This document shows, piece by piece, positions 24,846 to 38,156 of a stretch of DNA of 64,000 nt (the first letter of the stretch is position 1; each line of letters begins with the position of its first letter). A model generated the notes under the pieces. That model was not told where the DNA came from, searched no databases, and worked only from the letters and a program-made list of their open reading frames with translations. Source of the stretch: Octopus vulgaris (lineage: Eukaryota); NCBI GenBank assembly GCA_951406725.2, contig OX597824.1, positions 65,720,001-65,784,000 of the forward strand, in the 5' to 3' direction. The translations under genes and the position numbers were made by a program.

Positions 24846-27800
24846 AGTTGAAATTTATAGAAGAACAAAAGACGAAAACAGGGATATGAACAACAAGCAG
24901 GTGTATTACTTTGACGCTCAGGAAAATGAAAAAGTTTTTTACATTTCAAGCCTATACTCTTCAACAGAAAGGAATAAGAGAAAATAAACAGAGAGAGAAT
25001 ATATGATATTACTGCTGTTAGCTGTGTAATGTGCAAATTCAGAAATAAAATCTCTACTGACAGTGTACAATGTTAAACAGCAAAGTCTATATCATAAAAT
25101 ACAAGTTAAATAGCAAAGTCTGCAATAAGAAAATAATATTTTTAATAATTTCAGGGAATCTGTGCATGACTGCTCAACCAGCTAGAAATAGTAACCAAAT
25201 CGTTTCTACCATCTTAGGAAAGAACACATTAAATGAAGTAACCTTGGATACTGTCTGAAAATAAAATGGGAAGGTCTTGGCTGAAATACTTTGATCATAG
25301 CACTACTTGATCAGAGCTAACATGGAACAAAACAACAATAACTATTTAAGGTGCCATATCATGTGTTCTTCCTTTGCTGGATTACCTCTCCTTATCATGC
25401 ATTAGCCATACTGAGAATAAGGGAGAGAGAGAGAGAAAGAAAAAGAGTGGGGAGAGAGAGAGAAATAGTCATCACACTGAACAGGTAGCAGACAGTGAAA
25501 TGAAGGAAAGGATGGGAAAAAAATAGTATTTAGTAGTTCAAATTTTTAAATCAGAACACATTTTGAGCATGATGGAGTGTTAACACAATATAATGGTCAA
25601 AATATGTTATTGTTTAACCCCAGATCAACACTGACTGAGAACACCTATCTATGAGCAAAGGCTTCCCAGTTTTGATTGGCACATTTTTTTCAAGGGGGTG
25701 GGGTACAAGGCATTATTTAATGTGCTAATGTATCCTTCTGGTTATGAAAAACAGTACGGTATGATTTGAGAAATTTGGCTGCTACATCTAACAGGTTTAG
25801 TGATATATCCCTGCAGAGAAAAAGACTGAAGAGTCTAATGACAGGAGCTTCTGTCTAATGATAAGTGCACTGTTAGAGAGTATGAAAGAGACAAATGTCA
25901 GGACCAGTATTGTTTTGGAACAAACAGAGAAACATGGAAACCGTATGAATATGGTGATGAGATAGGCAGAGTGAGAAAAAAAAAATAGCGTGAAAAATTT
26001 CGTTAAGTGTGGGTGGTATATTATAGAAACAGCAAAATGGAAAACAGATTTGGTGGGTTTTATCAGCAGGAGAGCTGCTTAGAGATATCTTGGTTGGGAA
26101 GGAGTAGAAGGTTGTGCAGATTTAGTAGAAACTCACTTAGCAAAAGGCCAAAAGACTCAGGTGTAAAATACACAAAAGTCTCTTTTAATCTCTTGATGGT
26201 CATTTGGTGGTATTGCAGTAGCAGGTAAACAATCCCTGTTGTGAGTGATATTTTGTAGATCTTGTACTTAGTATTCTTTGACTGTACTGCTACAGTGCAG
26301 TGTAGGAATGTGGAAAGGAAGCACCTACGTAGAAGTATTTAGTAACCTGCTTATCTCTTACAAAAGAATCAGAGATTAATTACATTTTGCATTACAAGTG
26401 GTCAGCCTAAAACTGGTAGGGCTCTGACCAGTTTGTTAACTTCAATTACCAGAACTGGGAAGCAGAAAAGCACTGTGAAGGAGGAAGACTTGACCTTTGT
26501 TGCTTTGATTACAAATGGTCAAATGATATGATGGGTGCAGTACTGGCTAAGTTTGCAATTGAAAAAAGAGGTCATGGGCATTTGGAATGTTGTCAAAGGA
26601 TACTAATAAATGATAATAGGTTTAGAATAGCAAGTGATTTAGTCTCTATGTCAGCAGTGTCAGTGCTGAATTGTGTTATTGAAGTTAGTAAAAAGGATGA
26701 CTTCAGAGAAAGGTAAAATAATACAGATGTTCTCAATGCAGGATGAGAAAGTCAATTAATTGGTGCTGATGGCTGGAACACTTTCAGAGAGCAGTAGTGC
26801 CAGCAGGAGTGAAGAGAGGTTTTGAACCAGAGTAACCAATGAAGTCAAAATTTAGTGTAGTCAAGACAGTGGAAAGTTAAATACTGAAGATGAGAACTGT
26901 GTTTCAGAGCAGAATATGATATATGGTAATAGTAGGTTGTTAAGATCAGCAATATGATGTATGTAAAGAGCCAAACGGGTATAATAAAGTCTTCAGATGC
27001 TGTAGAAAAGGGCAGTGTCCAGCAGGCTGACACTGATCTTTTATAGACTTCTACCTTGCCTGTTTTGGTGGAAGAAGGGTAAGAGAAAAGCATCTCTCTC
27101 CACATGAATCTTTGTAAGAAGCTTAGCTGAAATTCAGTGACAGCAGATGGGCACCAGTTACAGAATGGGATGCAACAGTTGATATAGAAGCCTCCCAAGG
27201 GTTCTATGCCTTGGGGTTATTCTCACAGGGGACTTTCATATGGAAATCGTTAACACTTGTACCTTCACAGAAACAATGGCTACTCTACAAGGGAAAGTCA
27301 AGATTAAACTTCAAACTGGAAGGTGGAGGAAGCTGGTCTGAATGTTTGCAACAGAGGGAACCATATTAAAAACAACAACGACCCAATTAGTAGAATTGTT
27401 ATTTTAGCATCAGGTCAACCCTGATTGAGTACGTCTGATAATCAAACGTGTACGACGACACTTCAAGCCTTCCCATTCTTTTCTAAAATGCAGTAAATTG
27501 ATTTGAAGGGGATTTGGTTGTTATTTCTCTCGTGTTGAATGGTCCTATTAGAGGCTTCTCTCGCGAAAGTGGTATTGCACACCACAAAAGTAAGTAAATA
27601 CTATGATGACCAGCAGCACTAGAGATTGTCTAACACAAATCAGTTTTCTACTGTGCTGTTAGAACTGACCAGGAGCTCCCAGACGAGGGACGGGCGTTCG
27701 GTGGCCTAGCAACATATTTGCGACGTTCATTTCCAGAAGAATAAAATACCTAACATGAAAACATCAAAAGAACTAACAAAAATTAAGTCAAATCAGAATA

Positions 27801-28169
27801 GTGAGGGACGAGTAAGCAATGCGAGAATTTACAAGATTATAGTCAAAAGGGTAGAGCAAGAAGTTTTAGATGATGTGTAGTCCTGTACGAAGAGACCTTC
27901 GATCAAAAGCCATGACAATCCATCTACACTATTGAATGTGTACCTCGTTTTCCTCATGGCGCTACCGCCTTGAAACGAGGTTTACAAGTTGGTCCAAAGT
28001 TTTAGATGTTTAAAATGAGAGTGAAAAGAAATTGATTACGCAGTACAAAACTTACAATATATATATAAAAAATGTTTACGCATGAAAAATTAGACTTTGT
28101 GAAAAAGAAAAAAAAAAGATATAATTTACTCGACAATTTTTAAAATCTCAAGAAAAAGAATTCGCATAG

Positions 28170-28530
28170 GTAGTGTGGTAAGAAGCTTGCTTCCCAACCA
28201 CATGGTTTCGGGTTCAGTCCCACTGCGTGGCACCTTGGGCAAATGTCGGGCCGATTAAAGTCTTGTAAGTGGATTTGGTAGACGGAAACTGAAAGAAGCC
28301 CGTCGTATGTATGTGTGTATATATATATATATGTTATTTGTGTCTATTTGTGACCCCATCATCGCTTGACACCATTGTTGGTGTGTTTACGTCCCTGTAA
28401 CTTAGCGGTTCGACAAGAGACCGATAGAACAAGTACTAGGCTTACAAAGAATAAGTCCTGGGGACGATTTGCTCGATTAAAAGCGGTGCTCCAGCATGAT
28501 TGCAATCAAATGACTGAAACAAGTAACAGA
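28170..28530 (+). mobile_element. tRNA-derived SINE
   Basis: Head tgtggtaag...ggttcagtcccactgcgtggcaccttgggcaa (A/B-box-like). Related decayed copies at ~19700, ~39070, ~8975-9310 (-), ~32300-32580 (-), ~45075-45355 (-). Confidence 0.8.
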
Positions 28531-29637
28531 ACAAAAGTTCAATTTGATTGAGAAACTGAAGCGGTAACGGTGGGGTTATAATGAAATATCGAAGTTTAGC
28601 CCCCCAGATCAGGACTTGCTGAGCCAGCCAGATCCATCCCGTCTTTTTTTATTGGACACTGAATCTGTTTACAACTGTAGAGTGTATTACGAATATTTCG
28701 CTGCCATTCTAGTAGGTCTAGAAGTAACACAGTTAACATTGAATACTAACTTTTAATGCATAGAGCATAAAAAAGAAACTAGATCACAGTTTGGTTTGCA
28801 ATGTATCTTCAGCAACTGGAAGCTTAATGCCCTGATCATGAAAATTTAAAATATGAAGTCTAGGACAGAGGTTCTTTTTTTTATTTTTTTTTACCTATTT
28901 TATTCTGGTGGACCCACAAAGCCATTCAATGTTTAAAAACTAGCTTCATAAATACATCTTTCAAAATTTCTATTTTGTTTTTCACACACTAACTTGTGTA
29001 GGCTGAACGCTGTAAAATGTTAGAGAGAAAGAAATCTAGCTGTTTCTTCCAATAAATACATGTAAAGCAAAACGTTTTCATGAACCCATAAAATACTACT
29101 GTGGATCCCCAATTTACTATTTTGCTTGCATGGACCCCCCAGGGGTCATATGAACCCAGGTTGAGAAACAAAAGTAGAACAGCAGTAAAGTGTTTTGGTC
29201 ACATACGACCGACAAGTCACTCAAGCACAAACCTCACAGTTGTTGGTTAATCCAAGGCAGCCCTGGTTAAGAAGGTATTGTCTTTTCTTTCCCAGTAATG
29301 TACCTAAGGCCACATCATCCAATATAAGTAGGTTATGATTTAGTTGATATTTTTAATAGGTGAAACAATCGCACAGAACCTCCTTTTTAGCTCACAAACA
29401 CCCCTTTACCCTCAGTGGCAAAACGAAAGAATTCTTACATAATTTCCTATGGCACAAGCTCTTTCAAATAAGGCCGAAATACATTTTAAATAATTTAGTT
29501 ACTAGCAACAAAATGTGGATAGTAATTGTTTAATATATAATTGAGAAAGCAAAAGTCGATTTAGATGCTTAGCTCCATAGGCTGCGATCCAATTCAATTT
29601 CTAGTGTGGTTTCTGAGAAGAAAAGCCCTCCACATTT

Positions 29638-29681
<44 letters not shown>

Positions 29682-29978
29682 TTATTCATTAAATAGAGAA
29701 TGTAGAAAAAGTTATTGCTTCTTTGTACTTTTAGCTTCGTATATAATTTTTGACCTCCGAACAACAGCTAAAACAAGAAGAATCATCCTTTAAAATTAAA
29801 TTGTAAATTATGCTGAAAAAAACCCCTCTCTTCCTCAGACCAGTGTATACCTTGTAAGTATAATGCTTAAAACTACAAAGGCCTATAAGGATAAACAACC
29901 ATTTAGTTCTTAAATTTTGAAGGATAATACAATAAAACAAATAGCTATTAAACTACGTAATGACCAAAATGAACAAAC

Positions 29979-29981
29979 CAT
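29979..29981 (-). CDS. ERH: ERH exon 1 coding part (start ATG only), best candidate
   Basis: Exon 2 needs a phase-0 ATG-only exon. ttttaagATG|gtttgt has A at -3 and the same donor hexamer as exon 2. It lies next to an ETS motif and the MED6 start. Confidence 0.7.
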
Positions 29982-30441
29982 CTTAAAATTGTCTTGTAAT
30001 CCAATTTCAGTGCAAAACAAAAATTCCTAGAAATAAAATTGAAGCCGGAAGTTGAGACAAGAGACTAGTTCTGCAGTTAATATTTTTCACAAGGTAACCT
30101 TATTGAAAGGAAGAGGATGAAATAAAAAAAAGAAATTGCCATATTCTTTTACGTTTCAAAGACTTAAATTATTTTGTTCAATTTTGAAAGTAAATTGTCA
30201 CCGTACATATCCAATTAGATGGAATAAAACGAGTATTATATACAAATTAGTACAATTATTATGTTCCCAATACAAAATATTAAAGTGTGAATAAGAATAT
30301 GAAACTATATAAATAATTTGAATAGTGTTTTTTAATTGTAAAAACTGGAAATTATGAATAAAAAAAAATAATATGAGAAAATAACAAACAACTACATTTA
30401 GTGCCGACTACTTCGACGGTGTGTCCCGAACGAAGAGAAGA
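29982..30441. promoter_or_regulatory. Putative bidirectional promoter and 5' UTRs shared by ERH and MED6
   Basis: Divergent ATGs 460 bp apart. ETS motif CCGGAAGT at 30045-30052. CpG cluster at 30400-30435. Confidence 0.65.
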
Positions 30442-30454
30442 ATGGCTGAGAAAG
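30442..30454 (+). CDS. MED6: MED6 exon 1 coding part
   Basis: agaATGGCTGAGAAAG|gttagt gives MAEK(E), phase 1, in frame with exon 2. Confidence 0.8.
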
Positions 30455-31042
30455 GTTAGTTATCTTGTTTAACTCTATTTTTGTGTTAGTTGCTTTAATT
30501 TCGCCACCATTTGTTTTTCAGTGTATCTACGATATTGCACTTTTAATATCGTACGTTTAATTAATTCTAATTTCTGAATTAATATATATGAAAAAGAGAT
30601 GTAAACATACCGGAAATATTTACTATCACGGAGTCTGAATGTTTCGGTCGTTTGTTTGAACTGTTTCACCTAAGTCAAAAAAAAAAAAAAGAAAAGAAAT
30701 TGCCTTGTCAAAAACATAAATATCAGCACATCATATCCTTCTCTTACAAAAGGAATTAAAAAACTGATTTTGCAACCCGGTTTCAAACCATTCAGTTGGA
30801 AACATCGCAGCATCTCTTCCAATGTCTCAATTTATCATTATTTACATTCTTGTCCGACAGTTTCAAATCTGACGGTCTTGTGCTACAGCGAGTCATATTT
30901 GGTCGACTTATCAGAATATCGCATTTAATGTTCTTATGGCACAATGTGACATTAGTGCTCGACATGATATTAATAAACTGCTATGAAAAAATTGAAGCAA
31001 ATATTGTTCACCAGTAGCTTAGAATGAATATATATATATATA

Positions 31043-31437
31043 CTAGCATTATCGCCCGGCGTTGCTCGGGTTTGTAAGGGAAATAACTATATAAGCATTT
31101 TTAGAGAGTTATAGCCAAAAAATAGCAAAAAAATGCATTAAAAATTGAAAAAAAATTAAGGTAAATTTTTTTTAAATCGTTGACACATCGTAGATATTTT
31201 TAGAGAGTTACTTCCCTTATATAAAAGCGAAAAAAATGCATTAAAATGGAAAAATATGATGGTAAATTTTTTTTAAATCGGAGACTCATCGTAGACGCAC
31301 GCTAATACCCAGAAGGGCTCGATATGAATCACGACTATAAGATACCCGCTTTTGGTTAAACTGCACCGCAAAATGTGGGAGTAGTTAGGAATCTAAATCG
31401 TAGGAGACAGACACACAACTTCACTCTTATATAAAGA
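31043..31437 (-). mobile_element. Non-autonomous Helitron-like element in MED6 intron 1
   Basis: A|CTAG...GA|T boundaries on the plus strand. Hairpin cccggcgttgctcggg near the CTAG end. Internal ~100-bp tandem duplication. Confidence 0.72.
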
Positions 31438-34400
31438 TGCTTTTTTTTTTCAGTCATAGAGTTAGATTTATGAAGGTCTTCAGTAGAAAATCCTTCGAAT
31501 TCTGACTCGCTGCTTGATATAATGAAATTCGTATCCATTTTTTGTCAGAATTACAAATTTTGAAAACACAATAGGAAATGAGTAAAATAAAAACCAACTT
31601 ACCTTTTCTGTCCGTCCGTGTGTCTTTGCAAATGTATTGGAATGATAAGTGAGTTGTGATTTGGCGCCTTTTTTACTAATAACAAACACACACGTGTTTG
31701 TATGTAGTTGTATATGTATGTGTATGCGTGTGTGTGAGGAATGACACAGACACACTCACGCACGCACACATGTACATCAATGCTTTCGGAGTGATATGTT
31801 AAAATATTGAGTTTTCTCGAATTTTGTCTTAATTGGTGGTAAAATTGAAAGAAATTTTTTATGGCATCACCCACTGAAGTACTCTGAAAAATCTTAGGTA
31901 AACTCTAATTGAAGAAATTGTGTATTTATTTGTTTCTGTTTGCTGTGTTTTTTTATTTTTTGAGTAGTGGTTTAAATACTTTCACTTTAGTCTTCCTCAA
32001 ATCACTCTGTCGCTATTTACTTTCATTTTATTCGTCGCACACTGTGTGTGTGCGTTTGCGTGTGGTGTAAACCAGACTAAGAAAAGCATTTGACACACAC
32101 ACCAGAATGTGAGTTTTCTGTAAATTTTGCTTAATTGGAGTTTAAATTTTAAAAACTGGACCTGGCATGACGCGATGCATTGTACTCTTAAAAATGCTAG
32201 GTAAATTGTAATTGAAGAAATCCTATATTGTAGATTTGTATAACTCCCAAAGGGAGGCAGATAAAATCTGCCTTTTATAATAAGAGATATATATATCATC
32301 ACAGTCCTTTGACTGCTGCTATGCTGGGGCACTACTTGGAATGTTTTAGTTGATCAAATGGGCCTCGGTACTTATTTTATTGTCCTTTTTGTCGAACTGC
32401 TAAGTTACGGGAACACAGACCGAGACCGTTTGTGAAGCGGTGAAAAACATGCATGCACGGTTGGCTTCCACGCAATTTCAGTCTGAATTCACTCACAAAA
32501 CAGGACATTTGCCCAATGTGGTATGATGTAAGTTGAGACTGAACCTAAAATTATGTGATTGCAAACTTAAGCACACAACCAAGCCTAAATATATATAGTG
32601 AATTAAATTTGTGATTAGAGGCATTCCAGCCTTTACCATTTTGTATTTGTTGGGTAGATAAGACTGTATTATGTAATGTATCCGCCCTTTAAGATAAGGT
32701 GGTATTCAAGGGAGATTTTGGTTACTATTTGTAGCATTTTGCACGACCATATAGAAGCTCCCTCATTAGAGTGTGTGTATATATATATATATATATATTC
32801 TTTTACGCGTTTCAGCCCTAAGGCTGTGGTCATGCTGGGGCACTGCGAGTGTAATCACCTTTTCAATGGCCAATCTTATGTGATCAGCTTTTAGCGAAGG
32901 AAGGAGTTCAACACTGCTGCACTCTTTTGAGTCTCTTTCCTCGATATTGGTTCATCTGGGACCTTCGATAGCAGGAGGTCAAGTTGTTTCTCGAAAACAT
33001 CTACCCTAACTCCATAAAGATCCCTCACATGTTTTGGCAATGCGTTAAATCGCTGTGGGCCCTTGAATCTCACTAAAGACTTCATTCAACAATTAGATAT
33101 AGCTTAACTTTCAGCTTAGGTAAGGGGAAAGAACATACCATGATACATCAGTTGTTAACACTATCAGAACATTCATCTTCCTTTTAGCAACAAAGAACTA
33201 TGAAATGGCAAAATTATGAATCACAGATCAAGTCAGTGGCTTGATCATTCTCTTTGAATAGCGTGGTTCATTAATAGAAGTAATAGACATGGCAGAATTT
33301 AGTGAAATAAAGAATGAGAGCCAAGCAAGACTGGCATTGGTGAGGTTACCTAGTAACTTAGAAGAAGTCTTGTGAAGTATGATAGAGGGACAAAAACAAG
33401 TGTCTTGCTGTAGAGGAGATACATGGCTATCCCAGTGAAGAGAGAGAAACGAGATGATGGTGATGATATATTTAGAGCACACCCTTAATGTACAAGGTGA
33501 GTATAAGAAAGGATATAGACAGAGGATCCGAATGTGAAAGGAGAATAATAAATAGTTAGAGATGGGGATACAGGTGAATGCAGTCAATGATGACTCTGCA
33601 GTTAAGGTGAAAGAAATAGGAATGGGTCGAGGAGGAGATGAGTAACACTACAAAAAAAAGGTAGGAAGTGGAGTAACATGAGAAATTAAGGAGATGCTGT
33701 GAAGTGTGGGGCAGTGGGTGAGAGAGGGCTGCACAGTGACAGAGATAGAGGCCATTGATCAGAGGAATTTAGAGGTGGAAATTGTGATGAATTAAGATGG
33801 AGGAGACTTTGAAGGCAGATATGAGGTGTTTAGGAGAAAGGGGTGCTCAATAGAAAATAAATTGGTATGAGATGATACTAAGAATGTGAAATAGGTTCCA
33901 GTTCAGTGTCTTCCTGTAGCATTTGGATTGTAAATACTGGCTTCCTTTATCTGTAATCCAAGGCACTGTCTTGTGGAACTGCTGTTTCCAAATATAGCAT
34001 TTTATTCTAGAGTAGCTGGAGTCTTTCATTATTCCAGAAATATAAACAGCTATTATTGACACTACTTTAAGGTTACATTCTTTAGACAGTAGTGTCAAAG
34101 CTTAATTCATGGATTCAGTTTACTATTATATGTGAATGACAAGCTGATGTGTTATGAAACCCTTGCTCACCAGTTTGATATAGATGCCTTAATTTTAGTG
34201 TTAACAAAATACTTGTCTGTATGCTGAAGTGTTTATTTATAGTTAGCCATTTGAGAGTTAAGTTACAATAGACAATGAAGTACTAGTGACCACAGGCTGG
34301 TTGTCTACTACTTATTGACTCTCTTATTCCTTATCAGCTGTACCATAGCGGATAAATAGTACTGAAACTTTATAAATAATGGTTCTTAATTCAAATCTAA

Positions 34401-34599
34401 TCAAATGAAGTATATGTATAGAATAGTCTGTTTTAAATTGATGTTGAAAGCATTATAGAATAAACATAGAGAAAGAAGGAAAAACTCAAACTTCTCTAGC
34501 TTTAATAGCAATCAAACTAATACACACACACATACAAAGACATGTTATAAATTCCACTCTCTTAAACTTATGAGAACTTTACTTTTTCAATTTCCTCAG

Positions 34600-34756
34600 A
34601 ATCTCTTGGAATCTCCTGGCAAAATAGTGCATGGATACCCATGTTAAACTCCTCCAATGTATTGGATTATTTTTCTGAACGAACTAATCCATTCTATGAT
34701 AGAACATGCAACAATGAGAATGTGAAAATGCAGCACTTAAACCCAGAGCAATTGAG
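34600..34756 (+). CDS. MED6: MED6 (Mediator subunit 6) exon 2
   Basis: tttcctcag|...AG|gtgagt. Reads [51 protein letters not shown]. Confidence 0.96.
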
Positions 34757-34808
34757 GTGAGTTGTAACCTAGATTATCATTATAGATGGATTTTATACTT
34801 TTCTGTGA

Positions 34809-34840
<32 letters not shown>

Positions 34841-35965
34841 ACATCACCTTCTCTAGCTATCCATATAACTAGCCTGTATTTTTCAAAGGCATTACCTTTT
34901 TAAACACTCAACTGACTACATTGGTAAGTACTAGGCTTTTTGCCAAAGTTCATATTATATTGTTCCTAACATATCTGTCCAGTTTGCCTTGCTATAAAAG
35001 TGAATAATAAGAAACCATAATGGTAGTATGCACATGAGGCAAATATCTTCTATCGTCACAGACTAGCCAAAGCCTGGTGAGTGAATTTGTTTGACAAAAA
35101 CTGAGAGAAGACTCATTTTAAGTTTTTGTGTATGTGCATGCGCATGTCTGTGTATTTGTCTACATCTGTGGTCGTTTGTATGAAAGTGTGGTGAGTGATG
35201 TTGAAAAACATGTGAGATTAGCAACAGGAAAGGCATCCAGCTGCAAAACAACACCTCAAATAATATACTTATATAACCCATGTGAGCATGGAAAATGAAT
35301 TATGAATCTCTCACAAGGTCTGTTGACAAGTTTTGCTGTTGTTTAGATATCTCAGGTCAGCCTTAAGCAAATTTATGCCAAAAATGTTTCATCTGAGACC
35401 ATTTTGTCTTCTTTCTATTTGGTCTCACTGTATTTAGACATTACCCAGTGTGTTATTCTTTAAGAGGATAGTGTAATTTTAGGCAGATTTGACTGCTAGC
35501 TCTTGCAGTTTAAATAACCATGAGGAGACCCTTTCATTCAATATCCCTTGCTGAAACATGTTTTCATTATTCTCATAGAACTTTAAACAGCTGTATTACC
35601 TTTCTTCTCTATATACTAACCCTATTTTATTGAGGATTGAGGGGGTTTTTTTATGGTTGTTTGGTAACTTCTAATGGTATTTGTATCATTTGATAGAACG
35701 GCCATAACTGAGATGCTGTCACTCCCACTACACCAATTAATATAGATGGTACACTGGAAGAACATCCAATATTCTTTGCTAATCATTCAAATGACCTTTT
35801 AGATGTAGCCTAGAATATTTGTGAGTATGTGTGTATATGTGTATATTGCATTTTGTGTCAATTTATAATTTAAATTGTTAAATCTGGGGTTTTAGTTGCC
35901 CTTCAAATTTTTTTTTTTTTGTAAGAATTTTACCCACCAATTTCTGTAATTTTTTTCCATTGCAG

Positions 35966-36057
35966 CTCAATGACTGGGTTGGAATATGAGTTGCTCCATG
36001 TCCAAGAACCTATTCTCTATGTCATACGGAAACAACACCGGCATTCACCAACCCAAG
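35966..36057 (+). CDS. MED6: MED6 exon 3
   Basis: ttgcag|...G|gtaaat. Reads [30 protein letters not shown]. Confidence 0.96.
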
Positions 36058-37180
36058 GTAAATTCCTCTTCCATATTCTGTTGCTATTTCATTGTTTTTG
36101 TGAATTGTCAAAGAAGGGTACTTTGTGTACTAATGTGATGAAACTTTTGGAGACCCAGGAAGACCATAAGACAAAGTATTACGGGCTGATCTCAAGATAC
36201 TGAACTTTACAGAGGAGATGACAAAGGACCAAAATGATTGGTGTTTTGCTGTGCTTGAGAAGACCTGTCCATTACAGCAAAAATGATATCCTAAAACAAC
36301 TTAGTTATGCTTGTCCACATGTAGGGCCTTGCCCCTGCTCCCTATCTTGGCTGCTGAGAGCAGAATTAGCAAATATTACATCCCCTCCCTTCCAACTACC
36401 TTCTTTCCTCCTCTCTTCCATGCATGTGTGAGTGTGTATTTACCTGCATTTATGCATACAAACAAACAGCCTACTGCATCAACATCAGCTGTTTCAAGTG
36501 TGTCAGTGTCAGCTGTGTCTATGACATTATTCATTGTCAGCATATCAGTTCACTGCTAAATCTAGTAGTGATGAGTTGACTGTGGATACCTGCACAGAGG
36601 GAGTTCAGATCTTCTACTGATGTTCTTACCTGCTTCTGAACAAGTCACATTTGTCTACATCATTTAGTTTACCTAACTGTTGAGAATAGATATCAGGACA
36701 TTTGGGAGTGTTATCTTTGACAGGTATCATATTGATTTCAAATTTTGGCACAAGGCCAGCAATTTTGAGGGAGGAGTAAGTCAATTACATTGACCCCAGC
36801 ATTCAACTGGTACTTATTTTATCAACCCCAAAAGGATGAAAGGCAAAGTTGACCTTGGCAGAATTTGAACTTAGAATGTAACAACAAAAAAATACTGTTA
36901 AGCATTCTGCCAGTTCACTGTTTTTTTGACAGGTATAATATTGACAAGCATCATATCTAAGGGTAGACTTATATTTCGTTGTTTCACATGATTAAATGGG
37001 AATTAAGCTCTGGACTCTTTAAAAATTTCTCCTCTTATGAGAAGGATTTTACACATTACATTTACTGCTAGATCTGTGTTTACAAAGGATCCACATTCCT
37101 AAGCACCAAAATCATGTTGCAATTTTGTTTTGTTCCCCTTTTAGTCTAAAATTATTGACTCCTTTTGTTTTCTTTTCCAG

Positions 37181-37263
37181 TTACACCTCTTGCTGACTAT
37201 TACATCAGTGCTGGTATTGTCTACCAGGCACCAGATTTAGGTTCAGTAGTCAACTCCAGAATG
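37181..37263 (+). CDS. MED6: MED6 exon 4
   Basis: ttttccag|...|gtaatt. Reads (V)[27 protein letters not shown]. Confidence 0.96.
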
Positions 37264-38116
37264 GTAATTATTACTTAATTATACAATTTAGGCTTTCTTT
37301 TTTTTAGAACTGAATATATACCATCATCACCTAAATTCTCTCAACGTACCCTTATCACTTCTTGTCTTATTTATTGTTTCTCATTTTCCTTGTGCCATAC
37401 TAAGAATTTTAATCATTTTGCATTTAAACATGTCAGATATGACTTCTCACATCTATCTACAATGTCATTTTAAAAACAATCAATCACAACATTGAAATTT
37501 CAAGAGTATGAGATAATGCATGATGAATTCAAAACAATGTGAATAAATAAGCATTGCATTTGAGTGAGTAATCTGAATGCTAAAGAGTTGAACCAATGTT
37601 TCTTCTAAAAGCAACATACTTCTGGAAGTAACCCCTTAACCATGTTTACCACCAAAAAGGACCTTTAATAATTGAAACAGAAAGTTAACTATATTAATCT
37701 CTTCTAGTTATATTCATCCCCCAGCCTAAGAGTGGGGGGTTAAAAAAAAGTCTGGGTACTAGTCCATTTCCACTGACTAACCATGGGTACAAATAATAAA
37801 CTGCGTTTTCATCGGTTAAATGTATGTATCACAAGTTTTTAAGACAAGTTAGGAAACTTTCATTCCTGCTCATTAGTCTACAGAATAAAGAGACCTTTAT
37901 TTGTCGTTTTTAGTGCTCTTGTTACTAATACTACTATTACATGCTACCAATACAACCATTACTTACAGCTGTTACAAAGCATTTTATTTTCTTGCTTACT
38001 TTAATATCATGCTTATTATGTGTCTTCTGTTTTTATTGTCCTTTTGTCCCTTCTCTCTTTCCCTCTATCAAACATTTAAAGCATACTTTGCTCCAATGAC
38101 TGTGTTTCTTTTTCAG

Positions 38117-38156
38117 TTAAACACTGTTCACAGTTTGCAGTCAGCATTTACAGAAG
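38117..38156 (+). CDS. MED6: MED6 exon 5 (40 nt)
   Basis: tttttcag|...G|gtaagg. Reads LNTVHSLQSAFTE. Confidence 0.92.

Noticed and set aside
25800-27350. Possible nested protein-coding gene (ORF 26845-27198)
   Set aside because: No recognisable domain or consistent exon chain. It looks like an old LINE-derived remnant that I cannot classify.
27944-27957. ATGAGGAAAACGAG as the true ERH coding exon 1
   Set aside because: It ends in phase 2, whereas ERH exon 2 needs phase 0. Kept only as a possible alternative non-coding/uORF exon.
28170-28240. tRNA gene
   Set aside because: Only A/B-box-like remnants without a cloverleaf. It continues into a multi-copy SINE body.
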